This document shows positions 41,783 through 50,986 of a stretch of DNA of 64,000 nt, in pieces. The notes under the pieces were generated by a model, which saw only the letters and a program-made list of their open reading frames with translations, did not search any database and had not been told where the DNA came from. How positions within the stretch are numbered: position 1 is the stretch's first letter; each line of letters starts with the position of its first letter. The position numbers and the translations under genes were made by a program. Location: assembly GCA_040753015.1 (NCBI GenBank), contig JBFMHM010000002.1, forward strand, positions 193,126-257,125, read 5' to 3'. Origin of the DNA: Candidatus Omnitrophota bacterium (GTDB lineage: Bacteria; Omnitrophota; Gorgyraeia; Gygaellales; JBFMHM01).

Positions 41783-42967
41783 TTATTCATAACGTAAGGC
41801 CTCTACTGGGTCAAGCCTTGCTGCCTTTTTAGCCGGATAAACAGTAGCAATTAATACAATAAAAATTGTTGCAATAATAATTGCGAAAATATCCGGATAA
41901 AAATTAATCTCAACCGGTAAATGGTCCAAATAATAAATATCCTTCGGTAATTTTATAAATTCATATTTCTTAAGCAAGCCACATAGAACTAAACCGCTTG
42001 AAATTCCTACAACGATACCAAAAAAACCAACTAGAAAACCTTGCAAGGTAAAAATTCGAGCAATAGATTTCTTCGTTGCGCCTAATGACTTTAGAACCCC
42101 GATATCTTTAGTTTTATCAACTACAAGAACAATCAATGTACTTATAATATTAAAACATGCTACCAGAACTATCAAAGTAAGAATAATAAACATCGTAATT
42201 TTTTCTAGTTTTAAAGCCGCAAAATAATTACGGTTTACTTCCTGCCAGCTGCGTATAATAAATTCCGGCCCAAGCAAAGTTTCAATTTTATTTTTTATAA
42301 TCTGGGCATCATAAATATTTTTAAGTCGAATAGATATTCCGCTGATTTTATTCCCGTAACCCAATAATGTTTGTGCTCTATAAAGATCAATAAAAACTAA
42401 ACTTGCGTCATACTGATACATCCCTGAACGAAAAATACCTCTGACGCTATATACATCGCTTGTTTTATTTACAGGAGAATAAAGCATTATCTTATCTGTG
42501 ATTTTAATACCTAAATCGCGCGCGAGCTCGCTCCCGACTAAAAGATCGTTTGCCGGTAAATTAAAATCCCCGGAAATCATATAATCCCTTATTTTACTAG
42601 TCTGAGCCTCTTGCTCAATACTAATACCCCTTAGAGCAATACCGATAATTCTATCCTTAGTGGAAAGAAAAAGCTGTCCGGAAACATAAGCTGACACTCC
42701 GCTTATACCTTTCAAAGAACTGATCTTACCTATCAAATCATTATAGTCCGTAATGCCAGATTCTTTTTCAATAACAATATGAGCTGTTGTACCTATAATT
42801 TTATCATGGAGCTCTTTATCGAAACCACTCATTACCCCAATCACAACAACCAAGGCCATTACGCCTATAATTATACCTAAAACCGAAATCCCACCAATCA
42901 AAGAAATAAATTTTTCTTTTCGTTTGCTAAATAAATATCTCAAACTAATACGCCATTCAAAAGACAT
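41783..42967 (-). CDS. FtsX-like permease, LolC/LolE family
   Basis: 394 aa; an N-terminal TM, a large periplasmic domain and three C-terminal TM segments; coupled to the LolD-like ATPase. Confidence 0.7.
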   Translation of the reverse strand: MSFEWRISLRYLFSKRKEKFISLIGGISVLGIIIGVMALVVVIGVMSGFDKELHDKIIGTTAHIVIEKESGITDYNDLIGKISSLKGISGVSAYVSGQLFLSTKDRIIGIALRGISIEQEAQTSKIRDYMISGDFNLPANDLLVGSELARDLGIKITDKIMLYSPVNKTSDVYSVRGIFRSGMYQYDASLVFIDLYRAQTLLGYGNKISGISIRLKNIYDAQIIKNKIETLLGPEFIIRSWQEVNRNYFAALKLEKITMFIILTLIVLVACFNIISTLIVLVVDKTKDIGVLKSLGATKKSIARIFTLQGFLVGFFGIVVGISSGLVLCGLLKKYEFIKLPKDIYYLDHLPVEINFYPDIFAIIIATIFIVLIATVYPAKKAARLDPVEALRYE

Positions 42968-42981
42968 AGTTATTTAGCAAT

Positions 42982-44421
42982 TTATGCCTCTGGACGCAAA
43001 AGCGGAAACAATATAACCTCTCTTATCGACGGCTGATTAGTCAATATCATAACTAATCTGTCGATTCCAATCCCGAGCCCGCCTGCAGGCGGCATACCAT
43101 ATTCTAACGCCTCAATAAAATCTTCATCAACATTACGATCATTATGTTCGTTATCTTCCTTTAACTCTGCTAAAAATCTTTCTTTTTGTTCAATGGGATT
43201 ATTAAGTTCTGAATAAGCATTAGCAATTTCAATTCCTCCCATAAATAATTCAAAACGTTCGCTTATATTAGGATTATCTTTTTTAGCCATAGCTAGAGGA
43301 CACAAAAAAGTGAAATAATCTGTAAAAAATGTTGGAGAAAAAAAAGACTGGGTTTGCAAATGATCTTCGACAATTTTCATTATCTGTGTCCTCGTTAGGC
43401 CTTTTTCCGCTCTACACTTTCCTTTAGCTCGTAGTTTATCCAACATAACACTTTCGGAATCATTAGCAAAAATTCTAAATTCTTCTTCAACAATCTTAGC
43501 AAAAGAAACCCGCTTCCACGGCCTAGTTAAATCAACCTCATGCCCCTGATATTCAAAAATAAGTTTTCCAAACACTTCATATGCCGCATGAGTTATTAAT
43601 TCTTCACATAACTCCATCATATCATCACAATTGTTATATGCGGCATAAACCTCGAGCATTGTAAATTCTGGGTTATGCCTTGTTGAAACCCCTTCATTTC
43701 TAAAACTTCTGTTTATCTCATAAATTTTTTCAAAACCACCAACCAAAAGTTTTTTAAGATAAAGCTCTGGTGCAATCCTTAAAAATAAATTAATATCGTA
43801 TTCGTTATGGTGTGTCGAAAACGGCCTGCCAGCTGCGCCTCCTGCTATAGGATGAAGCATGGGAGTTTCAACCTCCATAAAATTTTCAGAATCTAAAAAA
43901 GAACGGATCTTAGAAACAATTTTTGTACGCCTTAAAAATACTTCTCTAACTTCGGGGCTTGAAATTAAATCAAGATGGCGCTTTCGAAAACGAGTTTCAA
44001 CATCTTTAAGGCCATGCCATTTCTCGGGAAGCGGTTTTAGTGATTTTGAAAGCAGCTTCAGATCTTCTACTTTTATAGTAATCTCCTGGGTGTGCGTTTT
44101 AAAAAGCTCTCCACTTGCGGTTATAATATCACCAATGTCAAAAAGTGAAAAAATATTAAATTTATCTTCGCCAACAATATCTTTTTTTATATAAAGCTGT
44201 AGCTTTGCGCTAGAATCTCTTAAGTCGGCAAAAAATACTTTTCCATGACCTCTTATACTCATAAGCCTGCCGGCAACGGTTAACTTTTTACCTTCACTAA
44301 AATTATTTATAGCTTCGCCTATGTCTAAGCGCAACAATGGCTTATCACCATAAGCAATTACTCCAAGCGATTCTAATTTTTCTAGCTTTTCCCTGCGTTC
44401 TTTTAATAAATCATTTTCCAT
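42982..44421 (-). CDS. lysS: lysine--tRNA ligase (class II)
   Basis: N-terminal OB fold plus class II core motifs (FRNEG, GGIEIAN...GLGIGIDRL). Confidence 0.9.
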   Translation of the reverse strand: MENDLLKERREKLEKLESLGVIAYGDKPLLRLDIGEAINNFSEGKKLTVAGRLMSIRGHGKVFFADLRDSSAKLQLYIKKDIVGEDKFNIFSLFDIGDIITASGELFKTHTQEITIKVEDLKLLSKSLKPLPEKWHGLKDVETRFRKRHLDLISSPEVREVFLRRTKIVSKIRSFLDSENFMEVETPMLHPIAGGAAGRPFSTHHNEYDINLFLRIAPELYLKKLLVGGFEKIYEINRSFRNEGVSTRHNPEFTMLEVYAAYNNCDDMMELCEELITHAAYEVFGKLIFEYQGHEVDLTRPWKRVSFAKIVEEEFRIFANDSESVMLDKLRAKGKCRAEKGLTRTQIMKIVEDHLQTQSFFSPTFFTDYFTFLCPLAMAKKDNPNISERFELFMGGIEIANAYSELNNPIEQKERFLAELKEDNEHNDRNVDEDFIEALEYGMPPAGGLGIGIDRLVMILTNQPSIREVILFPLLRPEA

Positions 44422-44461
44422 AATTTATAAATTATATAATATAAATAAATATAAGTCAAAT

Positions 44462-44498
44462 AAAACAAAAGCTCTGGAAAATTAATCCCAGAGCTTTT
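44462..44498 (-). terminator. rho-independent terminator downstream of the GPH transporter gene (possibly bidirectional)
   Basis: Stem gctctgg / ccagagc (44471-44477 and 44487-44493) with a 9-nt loop. The minus strand then has TTTTGTTTTA and the plus strand has a TTTTT run. Confidence 0.5.
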
Positions 44499-44525
44499 TA
44501 AAAAAATACTTTAAAAAAATTTTAC

Positions 44526-45989
44526 TTAGATCTCACCCCTGCGCCCTTCAAGCTGCCTTCGGATCTCTTCGGATTTTTGTCTTGTGAGCGGAACACGCAA
44601 AACAAAAATAATTGCAACAATAAGCCCTACGACTGGTAAAGATGCAAGTGTTGCGCGAATCCAAAATATAGTCTCTGGTAATTGTATCTGACGGCTCCAA
44701 GTAAAACCCGACCATGTTAATATAAGGCCGGAAATATAATAGCCAAACGAATTGCCTAATTTAAGAATATATGAAGCACAAGAGGTAAAAGATCCTTCTC
44801 TTCTTATTCCGGTATTAAGTTCGTCGTAATCAACTATATCGGCGCCGATAGAACTATGTAGCATCCATAAAGAAGCCGCAGCCATTCCCATCAAACCAGA
44901 CGAAATTGTCTGCAGCCATTGAATTGCCGGAGTATATAAAAACCAAGAACCGCCATAACCGCATATACCTATGGCACAAGCTGTAACCGCTGCCTCGCGT
45001 TTACCAATACGATGCGACAAAGCCGCCAAAAACGGAACACCTAATACACCACCAATCATAAAAGCTAACCCCATCCAAAACTGCCAATTATCCCCCATAA
45101 TCTTATTACCGCTGGATACATAAAAAACCGTTGTATAATAACCAAGCGAACCAACCATACTTGTCCCTAAGGTAAACGCACCTCCCATAACCATCATCTG
45201 ACGAAATGGCTTACACCTAAGAGTTTCGCCTAAACCACTCCAGATAGAAATCTTTTTAGTAATTTTTACTACTATTTTTTCGTAATAACGCTCTTTGACT
45301 CTAAAGAAAATAATTATAGCAAAGATTGCCATTACTATACCTAATATTGCTGTATACACTTGCATTCCTAAAAGAGTATTTTTTTGCCCTGTCTGCGGAA
45401 GAAGAAACCAAGCAAGGTTTGTAAACCGTAAAGCATAGAAATTACCTAATTCTGAAATCTTTTGAGCTATGCTACGATAAGACATTATAGAAGTGCGTTC
45501 TTCATAGCAAGGCGACATCTCCGCGCTTAAACTATAATAGGGCACAGTAAAAGCGCTGATTATCGGTATATAAACCAAATTTGACAATAACATATACCAA
45601 AATACAACGGTTACGCCAAGAAATTTCATCTCTGACCATGACGGTGATACCAAAAATAAAATGGGCAATAATAAACCGCTTGCAATGCCAGCTATTAGAA
45701 TAAAAGGCCGGCGGCGGCCATATTTAGAACGCAGATTATCAGATAACCAACCTACTAAAGGATCGACGATAGCATCATAAACTCTGATAATCGTAAGTGC
45801 TAACCCAACTAACCACGGTTGAACACCTAAATATAAATTAAAAACTGCAAATGCAACGGATGGATATAACCAAAGGCCCCACATATCAACTGCCGTACCG
45901 AGACTATAAGCTATTTTTGTAGGCCGCGGAAGGTGATCGCGAGGAGGACATATATTTTTCTTTTCATTCGTAGCGCTATCTTCTACCAT
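44526..45989 (-). CDS. MFS transporter, glycoside-pentoside-hexuronide (GPH):cation symporter family
   Basis: GPH signature DNLRSKYGRRRPFIL; about 12 TM segments. Confidence 0.7.
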   Translation of the reverse strand: MVEDSATNEKKNICPPRDHLPRPTKIAYSLGTAVDMWGLWLYPSVAFAVFNLYLGVQPWLVGLALTIIRVYDAIVDPLVGWLSDNLRSKYGRRRPFILIAGIASGLLLPILFLVSPSWSEMKFLGVTVVFWYMLLSNLVYIPIISAFTVPYYSLSAEMSPCYEERTSIMSYRSIAQKISELGNFYALRFTNLAWFLLPQTGQKNTLLGMQVYTAILGIVMAIFAIIIFFRVKERYYEKIVVKITKKISIWSGLGETLRCKPFRQMMVMGGAFTLGTSMVGSLGYYTTVFYVSSGNKIMGDNWQFWMGLAFMIGGVLGVPFLAALSHRIGKREAAVTACAIGICGYGGSWFLYTPAIQWLQTISSGLMGMAAASLWMLHSSIGADIVDYDELNTGIRREGSFTSCASYILKLGNSFGYYISGLILTWSGFTWSRQIQLPETIFWIRATLASLPVVGLIVAIIFVLRVPLTRQKSEEIRRQLEGRRGEI

Positions 45990-46017
45990 TTTTTATTCTC
46001 CTCCCTCTTCTTTTGAA

Positions 46018-47013
46018 TTATTTTTTACGAAGGCCATGATATCTCTTGCCAGTATAGCATGCCTCAATAAGCCGCTCTAATGTTGTAGTAACAACACATT
46101 GGACTGTATCGGCACCGCCGTAATAAAGCTTAACTTCGCCGTTATTTTCAACCACAGCCCCGCAAGTAAACACAACACTTGGAGTTTGGCCCACCAGTTC
46201 ATATTGCTCTTCGGGAATCAAAATTGCTTCTTCAGCCATAGCCTTAACTTTCGCCGGGTCATTCAAATCTAGGAGACAAACACCTAATTGATAAACATAA
46301 TGCGCGCTGCATTGAGTACGCACACCATGAAAAATAGTAAGCCATCCTTCGGGTGTTCTTATAGGAACTGCCCCGGGGCCAACTTTTGTCCAGGCCCAAC
46401 GAATACCTTCCCAATTCCTAAATACGCATTCACTTTTTCCCCAGAACAATAAATCCGGAGAATAAGATATCCATACATCTCCATTACCTGCGCCTGTATT
46501 TGGCCTGTCTAAACGTGCATATAAACCATTGACTTTTTCCGGGAAAAGTACTCCGTTGCGATTATCTGGCTCCGATATAAAACCAAGCCATTCGAATTTC
46601 TTAAAATCATCTAATATTTTAACAAGGCTCAAACGGCAAGTATGGCCTGAATGTGCGGCATGAATCATATAGTAATCATTACCAATTTTTGTTACACGTG
46701 GATCATAAATCATAGATTCAGCGTATTTCCTGAATTTCGGATCTTCGTAAGGCATATCTACCGGTTTCGTCCATGGTTTAAAACTATAACCGTCTTTACT
46801 TTCAGCAATCCAAAAACGATTAAACAAAGCAGAGTTCTCAACCCGGCAAACCATTATATATTTATCGTTATGTTTAACAATGCCCGAATTAAAAACAGTT
46901 TTAATGTCATAATCGGTTGGAAAGTCTTTCCCGGTTAAAATAGGATTATTTTTATATCGTTCACATATAGGATATTTATTTGTTGTTACGCTCGTTTTTG
47001 CTTGTACTTCCAC
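46018..47013 (-). CDS. glycoside hydrolase family 130 (beta-mannoside phosphorylase-like)
   Basis: 331 aa; N-terminal RYKNNPILTGKDFP and a beta-propeller-like body typical of GH130. Confidence 0.7.
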   Translation of the reverse strand: MEVQAKTSVTTNKYPICERYKNNPILTGKDFPTDYDIKTVFNSGIVKHNDKYIMVCRVENSALFNRFWIAESKDGYSFKPWTKPVDMPYEDPKFRKYAESMIYDPRVTKIGNDYYMIHAAHSGHTCRLSLVKILDDFKKFEWLGFISEPDNRNGVLFPEKVNGLYARLDRPNTGAGNGDVWISYSPDLLFWGKSECVFRNWEGIRWAWTKVGPGAVPIRTPEGWLTIFHGVRTQCSAHYVYQLGVCLLDLNDPAKVKAMAEEAILIPEEQYELVGQTPSVVFTCGAVVENNGEVKLYYGGADTVQCVVTTTLERLIEACYTGKRYHGLRKK

Positions 47014-47162
47014 GCTTGATCTCCTCTCTTTAACTCTTTCTAAATTATTAGATAATTAATATTTTATTATTTTCAATAATACAAATAATAATCGTCAATA
47101 TATCATAGTATTTTTCTTATTGCAATACATTTTTCCAATAAAATCAATAAAATCAAATAAAA

Positions 47163-47984
47163 CTAAATGGCCATTACCGATTTTCTCAAAATTACCTTAC
47201 TATCCCTTAACAATAGCTTGATTGATTTTTTATTTTTTTCTTTTATGATCTTTACGAGATTCTCAACCCCGCGCCTACCTATATCATAAAGCGGCTGCCT
47301 AACCGTACTCAATGATATATTATCACTTGAAGCTATGGGTATATCATCAAAGCCAATTATTGATAAATCCTCTGGAATTCTTAAACCTTGCCTTTTAACT
47401 TCTTCTATAACGCCTAAAGCCATTTCATCCCCGCTAACAAAAATTGCTGTCGGAATTTTATCATATTTCTTCAATTTCTTAAATGCTCTTACACCGCTTT
47501 CTTTTGTCCAGTCGCCCGCTATTATATATCTTTTATTAATCTTAAGTTTATTTTTTCTTAATCCCTCAAGATAACCGTCTAATCTATCTTTGCCTATCTT
47601 TGCCTCAAGCTTACCGGTAACTATAGCAATATCTTTATGACCCATATTTGCTAATTTATCAATAAGCTTGACTACAGCGCCTTTATTATCTATGCCAATA
47701 CAATTATGCGGTGATTTTGAATCAAAATATTCTAAAATAATATAAGGAATTTTTAATCTTTTTGCCTTAGAAATTAAATTTTCGTTTTCGAACAAGTCTG
47801 CAAACAATACGCCATCCACTGCTTTATAATTAAATTCACTGCCTTTTTTTGAAATGTGAATCAGTAAATCCACACCTTTTTTAAAAGCCGCATCTTTGGC
47901 TCCCCTAATTTTTTCCATCGCAGAGAAGGTGCCAAACATATCTTTATAGTGATGTATTACTAAACCAATAGTATTTCTTCTCAT
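47163..47984 (-). CDS. LacI/PurR-type periplasmic-binding-fold ligand domain protein lacking the N-terminal HTH
   Basis: Starts directly with the sugar-binding core (RRNTIGLVI...IIGFDD...). No HTH_LacI is found upstream; the upstream ORF overlaps by ATGA. Confidence 0.5.
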   Translation of the reverse strand: MRRNTIGLVIHHYKDMFGTFSAMEKIRGAKDAAFKKGVDLLIHISKKGSEFNYKAVDGVLFADLFENENLISKAKRLKIPYIILEYFDSKSPHNCIGIDNKGAVVKLIDKLANMGHKDIAIVTGKLEAKIGKDRLDGYLEGLRKNKLKINKRYIIAGDWTKESGVRAFKKLKKYDKIPTAIFVSGDEMALGVIEEVKRQGLRIPEDLSIIGFDDIPIASSDNISLSTVRQPLYDIGRRGVENLVKIIKEKNKKSIKLLLRDSKVILRKSVMAI

Positions 47985-49129
47985 TTTATCCTCCCAATAA
48001 AACTACCCAGCCCCGAACCAACGCCTAAGAAAATAACCTTACCGCTCTTAATCCTGTCATCAAAATAAACATTACTAAGGCCGGCAGCAACACCATCATT
48101 TATAACAACCGGTTCTAAATCTACTAAGTTATGCCTGCAAAGCACTTTTTTAAGCTCTGCCTTAAATTGAAAATTATCGCTTAATTTAAAAAATGGCAAG
48201 TAATGCGCCGATCCTATTATACCTCCGTCTTTATCAACCTCGCCAGGGATAGACAATCCGATAAATTTAGAATAAGCTAATTTTTGAGCAGTAATTATTT
48301 TTACATTTTCTACTATTAGTTCGACAATTTTTTCTAATATCTGGCTTCTAATTTTTAAGCCAAGCGCTGCCTCTCTTTTTGAATATTTTTTCTTCGAATC
48401 TACAAATATTTTTAAATTATGCCCGCCGGGAGTCTTATTAACGATAATTGAATGCCATAGCGTTTTTAATTTACCAAGAATTTTTCTTTTTTTTGTATCA
48501 ATAACAATAAATCCTGCGCCTATTTTATCGCGCCCTAAATCAACGCCTATAACCGCTTGTATATTATTGGATTTTTCTTTAAAAACTCGCGGCAGTAAAT
48601 TTACAACCGCCCCTAGGAAACCAGATTCTTTACCGGGAAATTTTGCCTGAAAAATCTTAATATTATTCAGGCCATTTTTATTCAGGTTTTTTTTAATCGC
48701 AGAAATTAAAATCTTACCTGTATAATCTTTCGATACGCCTCCGCCAATAACTACCTTATCAATATTGCTCCAGCAATTCTTATCCTTCCTATTCCAATTC
48801 TTATAACCAAGGCCTTTGTCTAAAACAAATATACCTTCCGCCCCATTTTTTCCTAGCATAGCCAAAACATGCTTTGCAAATTTTATTTTTAAAGGGTTGC
48901 TGCTTAATAACGCCTTAGTTACAGCCATACCTCTAATTCTATTATTCTCAGAATAATCAGAAAAAATACCCTTTTTATTCTTTTTTCTATATTCAAACTC
49001 AAAATCATTTATAATTTTTTCTAAAGCCCCACCGCTAAATAATGCTTCAAAAGTTAACTCTGGATTATCTTTATCTATACCTTTAACATCCCAAACCTGC
49101 TTATTGCTTAAAATTTCAATCCGTTTCAT
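47981..49129 (-). CDS. ROK/ASKHA-fold sugar-kinase-like protein with apparently permuted motif order
   Basis: VVIGGGVS...GFLGAVVNL (normally C-terminal) sits near residue 125. VIGVDLGRDKIGAGFIVID (normally N-terminal) sits near 195. NDGVAAGLS and GVGSGLGS lie at the C-terminus. Confidence 0.4.
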   Translation of the reverse strand: MKRIEILSNKQVWDVKGIDKDNPELTFEALFSGGALEKIINDFEFEYRKKNKKGIFSDYSENNRIRGMAVTKALLSSNPLKIKFAKHVLAMLGKNGAEGIFVLDKGLGYKNWNRKDKNCWSNIDKVVIGGGVSKDYTGKILISAIKKNLNKNGLNNIKIFQAKFPGKESGFLGAVVNLLPRVFKEKSNNIQAVIGVDLGRDKIGAGFIVIDTKKRKILGKLKTLWHSIIVNKTPGGHNLKIFVDSKKKYSKREAALGLKIRSQILEKIVELIVENVKIITAQKLAYSKFIGLSIPGEVDKDGGIIGSAHYLPFFKLSDNFQFKAELKKVLCRHNLVDLEPVVINDGVAAGLSNVYFDDRIKSGKVIFLGVGSGLGSFIGRIK

Positions 49130-49784
49130 TATCTTTCATTATATTTTTAATATTTTTAAGGTTGCCAAAAATAATCAAAATATCACCACTTCTAATTGTA
49201 TCTTCTGCATGCGGCACAGTTATAATCTGATAATCTCTTCTAATTGCAAGAACAATAAAACCTTTATGCTTAAAATCTGTTTCATTCAAATGTTTATCTC
49301 TGAATAATGAATTGCCATCGACTAAAATTTCACAAACACCGAACTCCTTATTTAAAGCAAAAACTTCTTCTAATCCTATCTTACGGATATTAGTACGCCT
49401 TAATTGATTCTCGACAATGCTATGTACGATATTCATAAATCTCCTGCTTCGCGTAAAAACCAACAGCAATAATACTATAATAATAACCGCTGTTAAATGA
49501 AAAATTATAACATGCTCCCTAACAGAAATCATAAGCATACTAATAAGTGTTAAAAAACCTACTGGCCCTAGTATCATAAGCACCATTATAATTTTTCTTC
49601 TTTTCGGATGGGATACAACTGACTCTGCTTCTTGTGATGTAAAACCAGTCCCTGTTAGAGCAGAAAGCGCTTGAAATCTTGCAATTTCAATATTTAATCC
49701 GGTTAATTTCAGTGCGATTGCCGCAATCTCAACAAACAAAGCAAATAGAATTATAGTCAGGACACTTATAACTAAACCAATCAT
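49116..49784 (-). CDS. membrane protein with a C-terminal RCK_C (TrkA-C) domain; ion-channel-like
   Basis: Pore-helix-like segment ALSALTGTGF, TM segments, and a C-terminal TrkA_C beta-rich domain (GFIVLAIRRDYQIITVPHAEDTIRSGDILIIFG). Confidence 0.5.
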   Translation of the reverse strand: MIGLVISVLTIILFALFVEIAAIALKLTGLNIEIARFQALSALTGTGFTSQEAESVVSHPKRRKIIMVLMILGPVGFLTLISMLMISVREHVIIFHLTAVIIIVLLLLVFTRSRRFMNIVHSIVENQLRRTNIRKIGLEEVFALNKEFGVCEILVDGNSLFRDKHLNETDFKHKGFIVLAIRRDYQIITVPHAEDTIRSGDILIIFGNLKNIKNIMKDNETD

Positions 49785-50986
49785 TTTTCACTCCTTGCCT
49801 TATTTACTTCTACTAAAAAATTATCAAGCCGCTCTTGAGACACAATGCCTAAATCAACAATCACTTCACCTAAAAGCCTACCGGTTGCCCAATGCTTAAC
49901 CAAAGCCGCATTGAGAGACGTCTCATCAATTAACTTCGCATCCAATAATCTTTGCCCTAATGGCTTAGTTCTTTTTAATAATAAGCCTTTAACAAAATCT
50001 GATTCTGCTTCTACCCGTTTAGCCAATATATCATTATTCTCATTCAAATGCTCTTCATGCCTCCTATTAATAAGCATATTGCTCCCTTTTAATGTTTTTA
50101 GATACTTCTTAATCTCGAAAGCAATCTCTGTAAGTTCTAAAAAATTTGCAATCTGTTTTCTCTTATTATTAACTATCGCAATTGAAATAGACATTAGCGG
50201 TATTTTTTTAACTTCTCCCGACCTATCTTTTACAATGATAAAACCTTCTCTGCGATCTTTTGGCGCATAATGAAAAGGTATCAATCTATCAAATTCTTCT
50301 ATCACATATTTAGCAATCATCTTTTCATTATCCGGGTTAACTATAGCGACAAAATCATCTCCACCGATATGCCCAACAAAATCATTTTTCGACCCGAGTT
50401 TTTTTACAGCCATTGAAATTATGCGCGCTGTCTGCATAATCACGCTATCACCATACACATAGCCATATTTGTCATTAAAAGATTTAAAGTTATCAATATC
50501 TATATAAAAAAATGAGAAGAGCTGATTACTTTGAATTCTAATACTTACATTTTTTTCAACAGCCGGGCTTCCTGGCAACCGAGTTAAAGAATTTGCGAAA
50601 AATTGATAATCACCGCTTCTCTTGGCAAGCTCAATCCTTAATTCAAGATCTATAGGATCTGGCGGCTTGATTAGATAATCATCTACCCCTTGTTCAATCT
50701 CGAGCATTTTTTTTCGAGCCTGCTTCTTATCGATAAGCATAATTATCGGAATATGAGCAGTTAAAAAATCTTCTTTAAGGGTTTTACTTAGATTGAAACC
50801 ATCCATATCTTCTAATGTGTCATCTACGATTATTGCGTAAGGATGGCAAATAGTTAGCTCATTAAACGCCTCTTTGCCATTCTTGACTAACACTATTTCA
50901 TACCCCCAGCTTTTGATAGTTGCCTGGAGCGGCTGGATTAAATCCTTATCATTTAAGGCTAAAAGTATCCTCTTGTTATCTTTCAT
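49781..50986 (-). CDS. response-regulator receiver + degenerate GGDEF (GGDDF) + C-terminal MshEN-like c-di-GMP-binding domain
   Basis: REC (IIVDDTLEDMDGF...YLIKP), then the GGDEF fold (DSLTRLPG...IDIDNFKSFNDKYGYVYGDSV...GHIGGDDFVAIV). The C-terminus has two tandem MshEN-type motifs (LGQRLLDAKLIDETSLNAALVKH and RLLGEVIVDLGIVSQERLDNFLVE). Confidence 0.65.
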   Translation of the reverse strand: MKDNKRILLALNDKDLIQPLQATIKSWGYEIVLVKNGKEAFNELTICHPYAIIVDDTLEDMDGFNLSKTLKEDFLTAHIPIIMLIDKKQARKKMLEIEQGVDDYLIKPPDPIDLELRIELAKRSGDYQFFANSLTRLPGSPAVEKNVSIRIQSNQLFSFFYIDIDNFKSFNDKYGYVYGDSVIMQTARIISMAVKKLGSKNDFVGHIGGDDFVAIVNPDNEKMIAKYVIEEFDRLIPFHYAPKDRREGFIIVKDRSGEVKKIPLMSISIAIVNNKRKQIANFLELTEIAFEIKKYLKTLKGSNMLINRRHEEHLNENNDILAKRVEAESDFVKGLLLKRTKPLGQRLLDAKLIDETSLNAALVKHWATGRLLGEVIVDLGIVSQERLDNFLVEVNKARSEK

